This document shows, one piece after another, positions 1 to 13,065 of a DNA stretch of 64,000 nucleotides (positions within the stretch are counted from its first letter, which is position 1; each line of letters begins with the position of its first letter). The notes under the pieces were generated by a model. The model was not told where the DNA came from, did no database searches, and was given only the letters and a program-made list of their open reading frames with translations. A program made the position numbers and the translations under genes. Source of the DNA: Felis catus (taxonomy: Eukaryota); the NCBI RefSeq assembly GCF_018350175.1, contig NC_058383.1, forward strand, positions 13,208,001 through 13,272,000. Reading direction: 5' to 3'.

Positions 1-329
1 AGGACCTCCAGCCTGGCTGCCAGACGGCAGCCACAATTAGGATCCTTCAGCTTTCCCAAATCTCCCTGTGTAGAGGAAAACTGTTGGATTGAATGGGGGC
101 CGGAAAACCGGCGTGACTTCATTTAATTACCTTCATCCCACGCTCCCCCTGTCCACACTTGGGTGTCTGTTACTGCCATCCAGTCCTGACCCATGGAGGG
201 TGGAGTGGGGGGAGGGCATGGCCCAGAGGAGTTTTCAGTTTCTCAGCTTGCTTCCTTCGCAGAATCTGCAGTCACCTACCACCCTCCTCAGCTTTTGCCA
301 TTTTGGAGTCTCCTCTCTGCAGCTGTTTA

Positions 330-620
330 TTCAGATTTTGTTTTAACTGACTAGGTTGTGTTTCTTCTTTCCCCCCAAACACATTTATCTAGAAGAAAAT
401 AGTATGTCATTATAATAAACAGAAGGCAAGTATCAACTGCATAAGAAAGAAACTGTAAATGCGACTACAGCACGGTGAAAATATGAGATTCTAGTTGGAT
501 ACTTTTTCCTAGGGAAGGCTCTGAACTTGAGCCTTCTCTCCTGTAAGGTTCAAAGGGAGCTTGGAGAGTCAGGCGTTTTGAATTCAGTAAAGCACCATGC
601 GAGGCACTTTTCTTAACCAA
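330..620. mobile_element. Degraded hAT-Charlie DNA transposon fragment (MER113-like)
   Basis: Segment gagattctagttggatac...gaaggctctgaacttgagccttctctc...aaagggag resembles the recalled MER113 consensus; no termini seen. Confidence 0.45.
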
Positions 621-1278
621 TTGGACAGATTCCTAAGGAAACGCCTATATCCAGCCGAAACCATTCCTCTTAGGTCTTCTTTTCCTGGGATGATTTTAAA
701 GATGAAAAAAGAGCACTTAAAAATAAAACCTGCCTACTCAGAAATAATTCAGATCTTTTCATCCTTTGTTGTTGCTCTGGACGCTCCTTGTAGTATCTTG
801 TCCAGCACTCAGTAGGTATTTGTGCCATGAATCAAGATGTCCACATTGATGTTTAGTTTCATTGCCCTTCCTCTAAAGACCGTATACCTCTCTCTCGTTC
901 TCTGTGATTTTTTGGTAGTTCTCTTTTATGTGCTTGCTTGCAACATGAGTCTTTGCTTCTTTTGTGTGCATACACACAGATGTGCACACCTTTTCAAATG
1001 ATACATGGTTGTATCAAACTATCAAGATGATAGTTTGAGTTGTCTTGTTAACCAACCAGGTGTTCTTTTCCTGGTATTGGCATTAGGTGTTTGAGAGTAC
1101 CTTTCCCAGCATACTCTACTTGGACTGGCACGGATGAGCATTCCAGGGCTTTACACGCAGGCGACACCAAACATGTTGCTTGTTGTTATGGGGTGTCTTT
1201 CTCTTTGGGCACCCACAGTATATGCAGCACTAGGCTGTTGCCATTTTCTTGGAACTAGAAAATTAGGAACATAAAGTT

Positions 1279-1506
1279 GGTTTTTTTTTTTAAATTTTTT
1301 TTTTTAACGTTTATTTATTTTTGAGACAGAGAGAGACAGAGCATGAACGGGGGAGGGGCAGAGAGAGGGAGACACAGAATCGGAAACAGGCTCCAGGCTC
1401 TGAGCCATCAGCCCAGAGCCCGACGCGGGGCTCGAACTCACGGACCGCGAGATCATGACCTGAGCCGAGGTCGGCCGCTTAACCGACTGAGCCACCCAGG
1501 CGCCCC
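1279..1506 (-). mobile_element. Young feline Can-SINE (SINEC_Fc type), full length
   Basis: Reverse complement of GGGGCGCCTGGGTGGCTCAGTCGGTTAAG head, (CT)n region and A-tail; perfect 14-bp TSD AGGAACATAAAGTT at 1265-1278 and 1507-1520; CpGs intact. Confidence 0.97.
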
Positions 1507-1676
1507 AGGAACATAAAGTTTCTTTTACATCTCTGGGAAACCTTGATTTCCAGCTGTTGTGGTGGTATGAGTTGTCAACCGCTTTATTGTAGCCAGACAA
1601 CAGGGTCTAGTGTAAAGAGAAAATTTGGTGGCTGCTGTCTCCTGCCTGTTCCCCTCAAAGTACTGTTAACATTCAC

Positions 1677-1702
1677 TCCCCACCCCCACCCCACCCCACC
1701 CC
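1677..1702 (-). repeat. (CCCCA)n tract; G-quadruplex-compatible on the minus strand
   Basis: Five C runs of 3-5 nt separated by single A. Confidence 0.7.
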
Positions 1703-1802
1703 TTGATTAACAAAGAGCTAATCTGGGCATCTCAGCTGGAGAAAGAAAAGTCTTATGTGCCCTTATAATCCCCTATGCCTGTGACATTGCCTGATAAGGA
1801 TT

Positions 1803-2060
1803 AACACCAACAATAAGCAGTAAATGTTGTGTTCAGTGCTTACCATGAGCCAAATATTGTGCTTTAAAGGCACGATCTCGCTTAGTCTTAACAAAAACTC
1901 AGTGAAATTAAGTACTGTCAGTAGCCCCATTGTTACAGATGCACATACAGGAAAAATTGAAGTTAAATAATTATCAAAATCTCAACAGCTGTTAAGTAGC
2001 TCAGGTGGAATTTAAGGGCAGGTGTATCTGAATTTTGAGCTCATATTCATAACCACTGTA
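1803..2060 (-). mobile_element. MIR SINE
   Basis: gtgcttaccatgagcca...ccccattgttacagatg...taaccactgtata matches the reverse complement of the MIR core and ends. Confidence 0.75.
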
Positions 2061-4304
2061 TATGACATTGTATAATAACTTCCTCAATAAATGATAGAGT
2101 CCTTTACTCAGAAACTTTACAAGGATGAAAAAAAGAAAAGAATTAGTTGAGATGACACAACCCATGTTGTGAGAGGATTGTCTTCTTGACTCACAGTTCA
2201 TGCAAAGAAATAATATATAACAGACTGTGAGTAATACATCAAACTGAATGAAATTTCATTCTTGAGTGAATTATCTGTATCTCTTTTTAAGAAAAATTGG
2301 TAAAGCGTTGAACTGGTCATGGCTCAGGGAAATGTATCTATTCTGGTTCTGTCTGAATTTTATTCTGCAAGCATTAGTATTTTCAACATCCACTGGCCAT
2401 CTTTTCTTGCCTTGTGCCTGTCCATGCAGGGCTGCGTTTTTGCCTGCGGAGAATTCTCAATCTCCCTGTCTGCATTTGCTCCCAACTTTAGGTTTTGAAT
2501 TCAGACTAATGTCTGTATTTGTAGCAGTTGCAGCTGGGAACTCAAACAAGATTGCCTGGCTTCACCGTGAGGCTGTTGCTTTTCTGATCAGGAGGAAAAG
2601 TTCAATAGCATGGAAGGCAGATCTCACTCAGTGTATTAAGAAAACTATACAAAGATCAGAAGTAAAAACAGAACTCACCTAAAAAGCAGTTATTAGGTGA
2701 AAGGAGAAAAAATAGACAGTAGTCCCAGCAGTCAAGTGAATGTTTTCTAGCTGGTAAGGGTGACCTGAGTTGTTCTGAAAGAGAAGGCAATGAAGTAATT
2801 TTAAGAGGGTCAGTTTGACCAATCTAAACATTCGGTACTAATGTTACGACATGTAATTGACATTGTTATCAATGTCTGTATTTGTCTCTGTGGTCCCTCA
2901 GCCCCCTTTAAGTAATACTGTGTTTTGTTTTGGTTTGGTTTGGTTGTTTGTTTAACCATTGGGATTGTGTATTGTTTTATAGGGGACTGGGGGGATGGAG
3001 AGGTGATTATGAAGATGACCCATGTTGGCCGCTTCTGTGGGCAGAAGTGAATCTGGATAAAGCACCACAGAAACAGGAATTCATGGACGACTGGTCAGAG
3101 GGGGTCTCTTGCCTCATTTGCCCCTGCCACAGAGTTCATTCCTTTCTTGTCATATGTGTGCAGCCCACCATGGAGAGAAAAGAAAGTATTTGCACATTTC
3201 CTTGACAAACTCTTTTGTATTCTTGTAGGGATGGATATGACACACAAGTAGATATACTCTGATGTGTGTTGGCTATGGCATAGGTAATAAAGACTGGCCA
3301 GGCAGTGCCGTGAACCCTCAGTGCGAGGAGGTTTCTAAATCTTGAGCATTCGGCAGCAATCTAGACTAAACTTTAACGCTGTCACATGCCCAGGTCAAAG
3401 AAAGGAAATGAGCCAAATGAAAGATCATTTTCACTTTGCCAGAATGAATGCAGTTTTTTCCGGAGATTTCCCCATAACATGCCTTTCTTTTCTGGGTGGA
3501 GGGGGAGGTTGAGAATAGGAAGATGGGAGGTTGTCGTGAATTTCATATTACATTGATCAGACCAAGTTTAGCTTGCTCTGATATGTAAATTAGAGATTTG
3601 TGGTTGAGTGGAATTGATTTTGCTGAGACTAAATTAATCACAGTGCTTAATCACTGTAACCTTTAAACATTGCAGTCTTGGCCACAGCTGCAGGGCAGAG
3701 TGGTGTTCCTCTGAGCTTTATGCTGTCATTTCATGAAAGGCAGAATGCCTGTGACTTGTGCAAACAAGAATTCCCACGTGTAGGCTTCAGTGCTGGTTTC
3801 TTGCCCTTCAGAGGGTTAGCTGGAGCATCTCCCATGGGGCCAAGAGGCTGCTGTGTCCCCTTCAACCAAAGAAGGCTTTCTTCTTCCATACAAGTGTTGG
3901 CAGGTTATTTTTTCCCCAAAGTCGAACTGGCTATCAATGCCTTAAATGCCCACAGGAAGGCAGTCTTTAGAAGTAGAATCAGAAACAGTCAGTAATATTA
4001 TTATAGTTTTTTCTTGTAAATATTTTTTTAAAAGATAATCACATTTTGAACTATGTGGAAGGACCAGGTAACAATCTGAACAGAAAGTTAGGCATGGAAA
4101 GGTTAATTGACCCTTCAGAACTCATCCTGAGGGCCTATAAGGGGGGTTGAGAATAGTATCTAGGTTTTTTTTGTTTTTTTTTTTTGGTGTTCATTTCAGT
4201 TCCTTGGTCTCTGTCTCCTGCAGCCTCCCCAAATCAAACCGTCATTAAGCTTCCCATAGAAATGCAAATTACTTTCCCTGTTTAGTTGGCATATCTGAAA
4301 ATAG

Positions 4305-4305
<1 letters not shown>

Positions 4306-4349
<44 letters not shown>
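4306..4349. repeat. (TG)n microsatellite, ~22 units
   Basis: Directly visible. Confidence 0.98.
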
Positions 4350-4351
<2 letters not shown>

Positions 4352-5047
4352 CCCCTTTTGAGGTCTGTTCATGCAGTTTATGACCATAGTATTCTTTTTA
4401 AAAAATTTCTTTAACTGCCATTCTGTGTATTTTCCCTTTCTATGTGCTGAGTTTTACATTTACAGTTGAAGGAATAAAGTATATTCAGTGTAATAAAGTG
4501 CAGCTAGACTAATCATAGTTAAAATCCGTGAACATCTGGCTAAAAAGTATACCAGGGACCTGCTTCAACCCCTTGATTTTTATAAATCAACAAATTGAGA
4601 GCTGTAAAAGTAAAATGACTTGTTCTAAATAAGTTATTATAGCCAATCCAAGGCCAAGACTTACCTAGTTTGATATCTGCTTGGGTCTCTTCTCTATGCC
4701 ATTGAGTCTTATCTCTATAAAAGACATCCTGGCTTTACACGTTTTTGTTTGTTTGGTTGGTTGGTTTTATTTGTTTATTTTTTTCACAATAACATTCCTT
4801 ATAAATAGCAGGCAGTACTCAATGAATCTGACCTAATTTGTGCTACATTCTAATGTAAAATGAGATCTATTTGTAATCTTCCCAGGTGAGGTACTTGCAA
4901 CAGGAGAGAAAATACCATAAAATGTACTCTCAAGATAGTTTTTGTGGGTGTCCTTCCCTTTTCTGTTACACATTGGATTGCTTAGGGTCACTTACATTTA
5001 TTTTCGTTGATGGATCAGTAATATTAACAGTGCGGTGACCACTGGCA

Positions 5048-5280
5048 GTGTGATGCCCTGATTTGAACACAGGCTCTGAAAATGGAGCTTCCGGTTCAGC
5101 CTTGGCTCTGCCAACTTACTGTGTCTGTCACTTTGATGAATTTACTTAATGTTTATGACCTAAACTGTTCCACCCACCTTACAGAGTTGTTGAAACAGTG
5201 AAGTGAGTTGGTAAAAGTCAATTTCTTAAAATAGTGCTGGACATATACAAGCGCTCATTGGATGTTAGCTAATATTATTG
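5048..5280 (+). mobile_element. MIR SINE
   Basis: ggctctgccaacttact...ttacttaa...acaagcgctcattggatgttagcta resembles the MIR consensus. Confidence 0.7.
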
Positions 5281-5849
5281 TAGTTGTTTGCAGTTGATGT
5301 GTTGATTTTTTAAAATTTTGTGGGTGGGTTGCATGTGTTTTGCAAGTGATGAATCAACATAATTTGTATTTCTTTTCCATTGGTTCTGTTACAGTTCTTC
5401 TGATCAGTCTCATCTGGTCACCACAGTATCTCATTACTTTGAATGCTGGCTTTTCCTCTACTTTGTGGTCACATTTGGACCAGGGCACACAGATCTGGAT
5501 ATGTCCAAGACAGCGGACAGAGGTGAAAGAGAATATTCATGCAGCTGGATTGTGGAACAGTTCTTTCCGCAAATATCTGTTGAATGTCTACTATTTGCTA
5601 AACACAGGGACTTGGTGATGTATAGGACATGGTGCCTACTTGAGATTCCGTTCCTCTAGACAGGGCCTTTGCCAGCTTCTTGCCAGCCACTTGCCAACCT
5701 CTCCTCAAATTGACACCAAACACTGTTTTAGGAAGGCATTTAATGGAGTGTAGTATCAACAAATGAAAGTTGTGGAGTTGCCTTTTGAAGAAACCCCACC
5801 TCCCTCTCTCCTGCATCCCCACATAGGTCAAGGGCATCTCTTGATACCT

Positions 5850-6025
5850 GCTCCCTTGAGTTCACTCAAAGTTGGCAGTTTAAAGCTTCTATTGGAATTG
5901 CATGTTGTTATCAGACTCCCCAGGTTGGGACTGTCAGTTCATGAGGGCGGCGACTGTGTTGCTTCGTCATTATATTCCCTGGATGTTGCACAAAGGGATA
6001 GATTTGTTATTGTCGGTGAGTGAAT
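5850..6025 (+). mobile_element. L2 LINE 3'-end fragment
   Basis: gactgtcagttcatgagggcggcgactgtg...gtgagtgaat resembles the L2 3' terminus. Confidence 0.55.
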
Positions 6026-7729
6026 CTTGGAGGTTCCAGGAAGGCTGGAATCCAAAGACATATTATCTGAGCCAGATTTCACATGGATGGTTCCCACTTT
6101 CTTCTTCTTGCACCCATTGCCCCCCCGGCACCTCCGCAAGAATTTCTTCCCAGCAGAGACTGCTTCAGGACCTTTTCTCCACATCTCTTAAGCTCTTCCA
6201 TTTGAACTTTGTTTTGCTGTCTGGATTTTAGCCTTGTTAAAATTAATCTGCTTTTAATACTTCCTCTTAACTAAGCTTCTCTTCTGAGAAGTGTGATGCT
6301 GAATGGGAGGGCAGGGGGAGGAGCAGAAGAGAAGTTATTTCCAGCTGGATTGAAGAGATCCCATCCGCTGTTTCCGACTGGGCATCCCAAATTCATCACT
6401 CCTGGAGCTTTCCTCTAGGAAATACCTGTAGGTATTTTCAAGGCTGCACATCCAGACAGAACAAACACTTCACACACTGACGTAAAATAAGGTGGAAAGG
6501 GTAGAATTCTCTGATAGGGTGCGGTAAGAGTGGGTAAGAAAATGATTTCCAAAGGATACGATGCCCACAGGTTTAGGTCTTACAGCACCTCCTTCCCACT
6601 GCTCCTCAATTTGCCTTCCTGGGGTCACCATCTCCTGCTACTATTTAATTCTGCTGAATTTTTCCAAATTGGCTTGTTTGCTTGAAAGAACCCAAATTTG
6701 CATACAGCCTTCAGCCTTGCTTTGAATCTGCATTCCCTTTCCTAAAGGAGAGAAAATGTAGATTCAAATACACAGGTTTATCTCTCTAACCTTTAGCTAA
6801 TTATTAGATGGAGATAAATGTGTGTAGGTGACAAATTGCCTTTAATGACATTTAATCTGCATGCTGACGTTAATGTCTGGTTTAGTGTCCCAGCTCCATA
6901 GAGGCAAAGAGCACGGACTTTTATCTTAATTTGACCTGTTTAAAAGGTGTTTGTGGTGAGAGTCAATTTCTGATTAAGTTAATAGCATGTTTTACATGGA
7001 AGGCAATCAAATATTGATGTAAGAAGAGGCTAGTAGACTACATACTTCCCAGTCTGCCATACTTGGCCAAAACAGTGAGAAAAGGGGTAGTTGCTGGCAC
7101 CTAAAACTGAGTGAGAGCTTCGCCTCTGTCCGGAACCCAAAACTGATGAACAAATAGGTAGTTTCTGGGAGAAGGCTCCTTTTTCTCTTGTTTGTTGCTA
7201 CAGAGGAAGTTCACTGAACTTTTTTGGGTGTTCGGCTAATAGATTTTAACGCCTTTTTGATTTGCCAAATCGCATTAAAAGGAGGCAGTTAAATAAGCCA
7301 GCCATTCAGTGAAGGGAGTGAAGGCCTGGGAAGCGGCCTTGCTTGTGGGTCTAGTGCTGGGTGTCTTCTCATTTAACTCTTAACTAAGCAAGCATTTGTA
7401 CAGGCACAACTCCAACTGGTGATTTCCTGATGCCCTTTGACTGAAGTAAGTGTGTGTTTTATTAGACAGTTATCACCGATGATAAATGTGCCTTAATTTC
7501 TAATCAGTTGGAGAAACAGGGAAACTTCAGTTAAGTGAGATCATTAACAACTTTCTTTAACACCTTAAGAGCCAAATAATAGCTTTCCCACTTCCTCTCG
7601 GCATCACAATCTGTTCTTCCTGGTGAATGTCATTTTCTTAAATCCTTTTCTAGACATCGAGTGGGTCTGTGTCACTCTGTGTTTCTGTGTGCAGAGTGGA
7701 TGGTGTATTGATGGGAGGCAGGAGGAGGA

Positions 7730-7892
7730 AATAGGCTTTGGAGTCCGCCTCCCTGTCAGCCATGTGACCCCGGGCAACTTTCTCAGGGTGGCTGTGCCTT
7801 GAGTAGCTCACCTGTAACGTGGGGATAATGAGTTAGTAAATGTGAAGCACCTCGAAGACGTCCTGAGCCATAGTAAGGACCTATGAATGGTG
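7730..7892 (+). mobile_element. MIR SINE fragment
   Basis: ggctttggagtc...gccatgtgaccccgggcaac...cacctgtaacgtggggataat...catagtaag. Confidence 0.7.
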
Positions 7893-8856
7893 TCTTACTT
7901 ATTTTTCCTGGAGTTTGGTTGCAGGATTGGAAGCAACATTCACTAAACTAAACTAAATCAAACTAACCACTAAGATCACTAAAGTGATTTCCAAGTGAAA
8001 GACACATTCCAAAGGAGACTCTCGGCTGGGGAATAACTCTAGATCAAATCTGCCTGGGTGTCCATTCTGCTGCAAATCCAGGCCAACTAAACATAGTTAC
8101 TGCACAGTTAAAAGGATGTTGACCCATGAAGAAGAAAAATGTATGTCAGAGATCCTCAGAACCTCCCCTCGACCTCTGTAATCTGTGCTGTCTTCATATA
8201 ATCCCTCAAGAGAGACTGCAGTGACTGGTCTAGAAGGGAGGGCTGTAAACTGCATTTGGGGAAGAAAGTACACACAAATCATTCAATCACTAGTTTAGTG
8301 GTCGGACAGGCCTCACTGAAACAGATGAAAATACTTTTAGGGGTGCTTTTGCACCACTGCTAGAGTTTTTCTTTTTTCATATCCTTACAATTCTGTGTTC
8401 TGAAAAGTTTCATTTTAACGATGAACACTTCACCTGGCTTTAAGTAAAAGACCAGGGTCTGGGCAGAAAAAGCCCTTCTGGCCTTTATAGGAACTAAGTT
8501 ACTTAAAATGCAGCCGGTCCTAATTATGTCTTAATACAAGTCTTGAAGCAGCAACATGCTTTTTTCAAGAAGCTGGTATTGGGCAGCAAAGTGAAGCAAG
8601 TGTTTAGTGAATTGAGGTAAACACGTATTACATGACATTAGAATCAACTGCAAAGCGTGGAATAGAATGTTGCTTTTAAATAAAGCCCTCTGAATGCTGG
8701 TGGACTTCATAGGGCAGTGCCGTGAGCATTTCCATTAATCATGGAGTAATTTGATGGAGCCCCAAGCTCTTTAAATATTTGCACCTAATTTATGGTTTTC
8801 TCTCCTCTTCTCTTTATTTCTATCTCTGTTGGTCTCTGTATCTCTGTCTCTATCTC

Positions 8857-9266
8857 TGTATCAGTTGGGGTTCTTCAGAGAAACAGAACCAATAAGGAGG
8901 GGTTAAGTGTGGGTGCATGTGTGTTTAAAGAGATTTACGTTAAGAAATTGGTTCAGTTGATTGTGGGGGCTGACAAGTCCAGAATCTGGAGGGTAGGCTG
9001 TAGGCTGCAAACTTGGCAGAAGTTGATGCTGTAGTTTTGAGGCAGAGTTTTTTTCTGTCCTGGGAAACCTTTGCTCTTAAGCCCTTCAACTGATGAGCTG
9101 AAGCCCATCCATATTATTGAGGGCAGTCTCCTTCATTTAAAGTCAGCTGCTGGTAGAAAGTAACCCTGTCTACAAAGTACCTTCACACCAACACCTAAAT
9201 TTGTGTTCGATTAAATGACTGACTACTACAGCCTTGCTAAGTTCATACACAAAATTAACCATCATA
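8857..9266 (-). mobile_element. ERVL solo LTR, MLT2 family (MLT2D-like)
   Basis: Begins tgtatcagttggggttcttcagagaaacagaaccaata and ends aaaattaaccatcata (reverse complement of MLT2 termini); 5-bp TSD ATCTC/GTCTC. Confidence 0.88.
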
Positions 9267-9364
9267 GTCTCTCATTCTTTTTCTCCTCACTGTGTTTCTC
9301 TCTTACACACACAACTGAGGTTACATCATTAGTGTTAATGAACTTCGGGTACACGAAAATCATA

Positions 9365-9575
9365 ATGATTGCTACCAGTGATTGAGTACCTATTACGCGT
9401 CGGGTGTTCTGTTGAGCACTTTATGTTTATGACCTCAGGTAATAAATACTTTTGACACTTACATGGATTGTATGGGATAATTTTCACTTTATGGGTGAGG
9501 AAACTGAGGCTCAGAGAGCTGTTGGCTGTTCGGTAGTTGGGCTCGAGATTCAAACCCTGTTCTGTCTTCCCTGCT
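9365..9575 (-). mobile_element. MIR SINE
   Basis: Core tttatgggtgaggaaactgaggctcagagag...gagattcaaaccc. Confidence 0.75.
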
Positions 9576-11867
9576 CGTGTCCCTTCTCCTGTATCCTCTT
9601 GTCTCCCTAATAGTTCCTCCCTTACTCTCATCATTGCTCACTTTGCAGAGTTCTACTCAGTTGAAAAAGGTGACGTGTTCATAAGTTTTGTCACTAAGGC
9701 TTCCTTTTGAAATAGCCAGCTCAGGCTGCTGACTGAGCAACGTGGACTTGCAGATTAGAAGACAGAAGTGGGTGGCCATCACTGTGCTAAGCAGATGAGG
9801 TAGCTTCTGAACCAGGCATGAGAAGTCGTGTGGAGGGTCACCCCTGGTGCCTTGTGGCCTGTTTTACGCACTGATGGATTGCTTCCTCGTCTGCTGCCAG
9901 GCCCTCAACGTGCTGGCGCGCCCACAGACGGCTCAGCCACAGCGGATGGGGCAGGACAGCTGCAGGTCTGGCGCGCGAGGCTTCGGGTGGTGCCTGCACC
10001 CAGATTTTCACCAGAAGGTCGGTGAGGCAGCTCTCTGTGGTCTCACTGGAGGAGCTGGCCTCATCTACAGAAACCAGTGCTAATAATATTCTTTCTCTTC
10101 TCAGTGGCTCCCAGGCCATAGTCTTACATTTTCCTTCCCTAGTTTTAGTCACTGCCAGCAACTTTTGCGAGGCTGCTGGCACTTTGAAATGGAGTTGGAC
10201 AGACAGAGGTGAGAGCAGCCTGTGAGTTCCCTCCGTGGAGGCTGGCACCTCCCAGCACTCACTGGAGGCAGTGCCGACGGACGTTAAAAAATGCACTTGG
10301 TGGACGGGCTTGCTTGCTTGTTCCAAGGCCTAATTGGAGATCTAGGTTGGCAATTTCCTACAGCTTGGCAGGGAACGATTTGAATGTTTGTAGATGGCGC
10401 TTGCCTCACATCATGCCAACTTGAGTTCTGGCAAATTAGCTTCAGAGGGATTTGTCTTGACAAGTTGGAAAAGTTTCCCGACTTCAAATGACTATATGGA
10501 TCTTTGAGGAGCTTTATAGCTAGCAGGTGAGGGCTGCTATTTTCAAGGAAACAGACATGAATGTGTTCTTCTTTATTTGAATGGGTACACGTCTGCTGTC
10601 CAGTGGGCAGGACAGAGGGAAGGAGGAGAGACAGAAGGAGCCATAGGTGGATTTGGCCAGGAGATAAAGCTCCTGCTTTTGCCGAGGAGCTGGCTTGTTG
10701 AGGCTGTTGACTGGTAACCTCTACTAGGTTCTTTTGTATCTATCTTTGAATTTTTAAAGGATCCTTGTGGTATTATCTTTCTTGAAATTTCTCTGCTGTC
10801 AGTTTTCATGAGTTTAGCCTCGCCTGGTTGTCCTTGTACTGCTCTAACTACTTTGGGTAACTTTTATTGGCCTCTCATTCTTGGCTATCCCTTAAATGTT
10901 CATCTTTTAAAATATGTTTTCTTTGACTGTGTCGTCACTTGTCATGTCTTCTTGGGCTTGCCTCCACTGCTTGGTCGTCATCCAGCTTCTATAGTAGTAA
11001 TTCCAATGCGCTGATACGTGGTCTCTGGAGTAGCAGATCAGCACTATCTAGGAACTTGTCTGAAATGGCTTGAACCAAACCTAAGACATTAGGTAGAAAG
11101 GAATGCACGTTTCACCTTTTGATACACATTGTCAGAGAGATGCTACTAACGTCTGATACATGATAGGCGCATAGTACTCTAAGACATAGTTGAAGTAGGT
11201 CAAATCTTGTTCCTAATGGATACATTTCTCTTGCCCTTAGGAAATGAAGTATCATATAATAGACACAGTATTATCATTAGTCAAATAAGTGAGATAGACT
11301 CCTCTTGTGTTCTTTACTTAATCCATGCACTGGAAACTGAGGTAAACCTCAGGGAAGTATGGGAAATTGTGTTCTTTCTCTTTTATCTTGTTTAGAAGCA
11401 AGGAACCAAGACTTTCTGTAATTGCCTTAAGATTTTTTTTCAATATAGTAAAAAAAAAAAAACCACTTAAGGTGGGAACCTTATTTCAGCAGAGCCTCAT
11501 GTGAAGTGTAACCAAGACAGTGATACTATCGTTGTCTTGTGGCTCGGTCCTGGTCAGTCGTTAGGTTTCTGTCCACATTCATTCATATTCTCTCTCTCTC
11601 TTCCTCCCCTCTCCCGCCCTGTCTCTCTCTGTCTGTGTCTCAGACACACGCCAGCACACACCAGTATTCACTCACCTTCCTTTCTTTTTCATCCAGCTGC
11701 CTCTCCCTTGGCCTTCTGTCCTTTTGACTCCCTCCTAGATTTAGCTCATGTTATTAGTCATTCTGTGACCCTCATAAACCTTATATATTCTTCTGTCGTT
11801 TATCCCATTGCTGTTACCGGAGTAGTTTCGTAATTCGAATTTCTTCGAGTCCTGATGAAACAGAACC

Positions 11868-11886
11868 TGTCCACTAGAGGGCAGGT
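11868..11886 (+). promoter_or_regulatory. CTCF-binding motif candidate
   Basis: TGTCCACTAGAGGGCAGGT fully matches the core CCASYAGRKGGCRS. Confidence 0.55.
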
Positions 11887-11925
11887 TCAGTGACCTTGCA
11901 GATTGCTTTAGAAAATGTTGTGCCT

Positions 11926-12180
11926 GGGGCGCCTGGGTGGCGCAGTCGGTTGAGCGTCCGACTTCAGCCAGGTCACGATCTCGCCGTCCATGAGTTCGAG
12001 CCCCGCGTCGGGCTCTGGGCTGATGGCTCGGAGCCTGGAGCCTGTTTCTGTGTTTCGGATTCTGTGTCTCCCTCTCTTTCTGCCCCTCCCCTGTTCATGC
12101 TCTGTCTCTCTCTGTCCCAAAAATAAAAAAAAAACGTTGGAAAAAAAAATTTTTTTTTAAATAAATAAATAAAAAAAAAA
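11926..12180 (+). mobile_element. Young feline Can-SINE (GGCGCAG / CAGCCAGG variant)
   Basis: GGGGCGCCTGGGTGGCGCAGTCGG head and compound A/T tail; TSD AGAAAATG[T/C]TGTGCCT at 11910-11925 and 12180-12195; internal 8-bp duplication tgtttctg/tgtttcgg. Confidence 0.97.
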
Positions 12181-12831
12181 GAAAATGCTGTGCCTGGAAC
12201 AGGCCCTACTGTCTGTCTCTGAAGAGAGGACTTTCACGCTTTCTGAAATCATCCCATGTTTGGGTATTAAATGAAACTTCTGCTCTAGCACACCGTCTCT
12301 GATGGCTGGTTCACTTCACATTAAATGATTGTATCCACAGTCGTGTTCATCTTTACTCCCTTTTTCTGTCATCATTGCTGTGAGTGCACAGATGCCCCTA
12401 TCCTCTGTTCACCAGAGCTTACTCTCTCTGTGCTCGCTTGTTTCTCCTTATTCCTCAGCCCTCATCACATCTATCTCTCTAGTATTTTTCTTTCTCCTTT
12501 CCATTATTTAATGTTCCTGCCACATTGATTCTTGCTTAGATATGTTTAAAAAAAATCTTCTAATTACATTTTGTGTGTCAGAATAATTTACTTTTGCTTT
12601 AATTCAACATACGTATTCTTGGGTCCCCATCCCCACCATTGCCTGGGGATTGAGTACAGACTCCTCTACTTGACATTTAAGATCTTTGGTAATATGTCCA
12701 TCATTCCCTTTCTCGGTTCTGTTATTCCCAACAGCAAATAGCTAAATAGGACTAAGGAGCATTCCCCTTACAAGCCTCTTTTTTTCCCTAGCCATTGGCC
12801 TGTTAATCCTTTCAGAATGCCATTTAACTGT

Positions 12832-13065
12832 AACAGTAGAGGATGGTGATAGGGGTCCAAACTCTGGAGCTAGACTAACTAACAGTTGAACTGTTAACTC
12901 AGCTGTGTAACCTTGGACATGAGCTGGTCTAGCTTTCTGTGCCTCATTTTCCTCATCTGTAAATCTGCCTACTATAAAGTGATTGTCTCATTAATTGTTT
13001 ACCTAAGTAAAGGTTAACAAATATAAAACACTTCAACATTTCCTGGCACAGAGTAGGCACTCAGT
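12832..13065 (+). mobile_element. MIR SINE
   Basis: actctggagctagact...agctgtgtaaccttggac...ctgtgcctcattttcctcatctgtaaa...cctggcacagagtaggcactca. Confidence 0.8.

Noticed and set aside
4865..4891. cttcccag|gtgagg recursive-splice-like motif (similar ones at ~63443 and ~63722)
   Set aside because: Weak pyrimidine tract; the others lie inside an L1; such motifs are common by chance
5346..5403. C box GTGATGA ... D box CTGA
   Set aside because: Short, with no terminal stem or recognisable rRNA guide, so not called a snoRNA
9838..10326. Longest ORF in the track (162 aa, minus strand)
   Set aside because: No recognisable domain; explained by locally high GC content
12430..12440. GTGCTCGCTT matching the U6 5' end
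   Set aside because: The match stops after 10 nt
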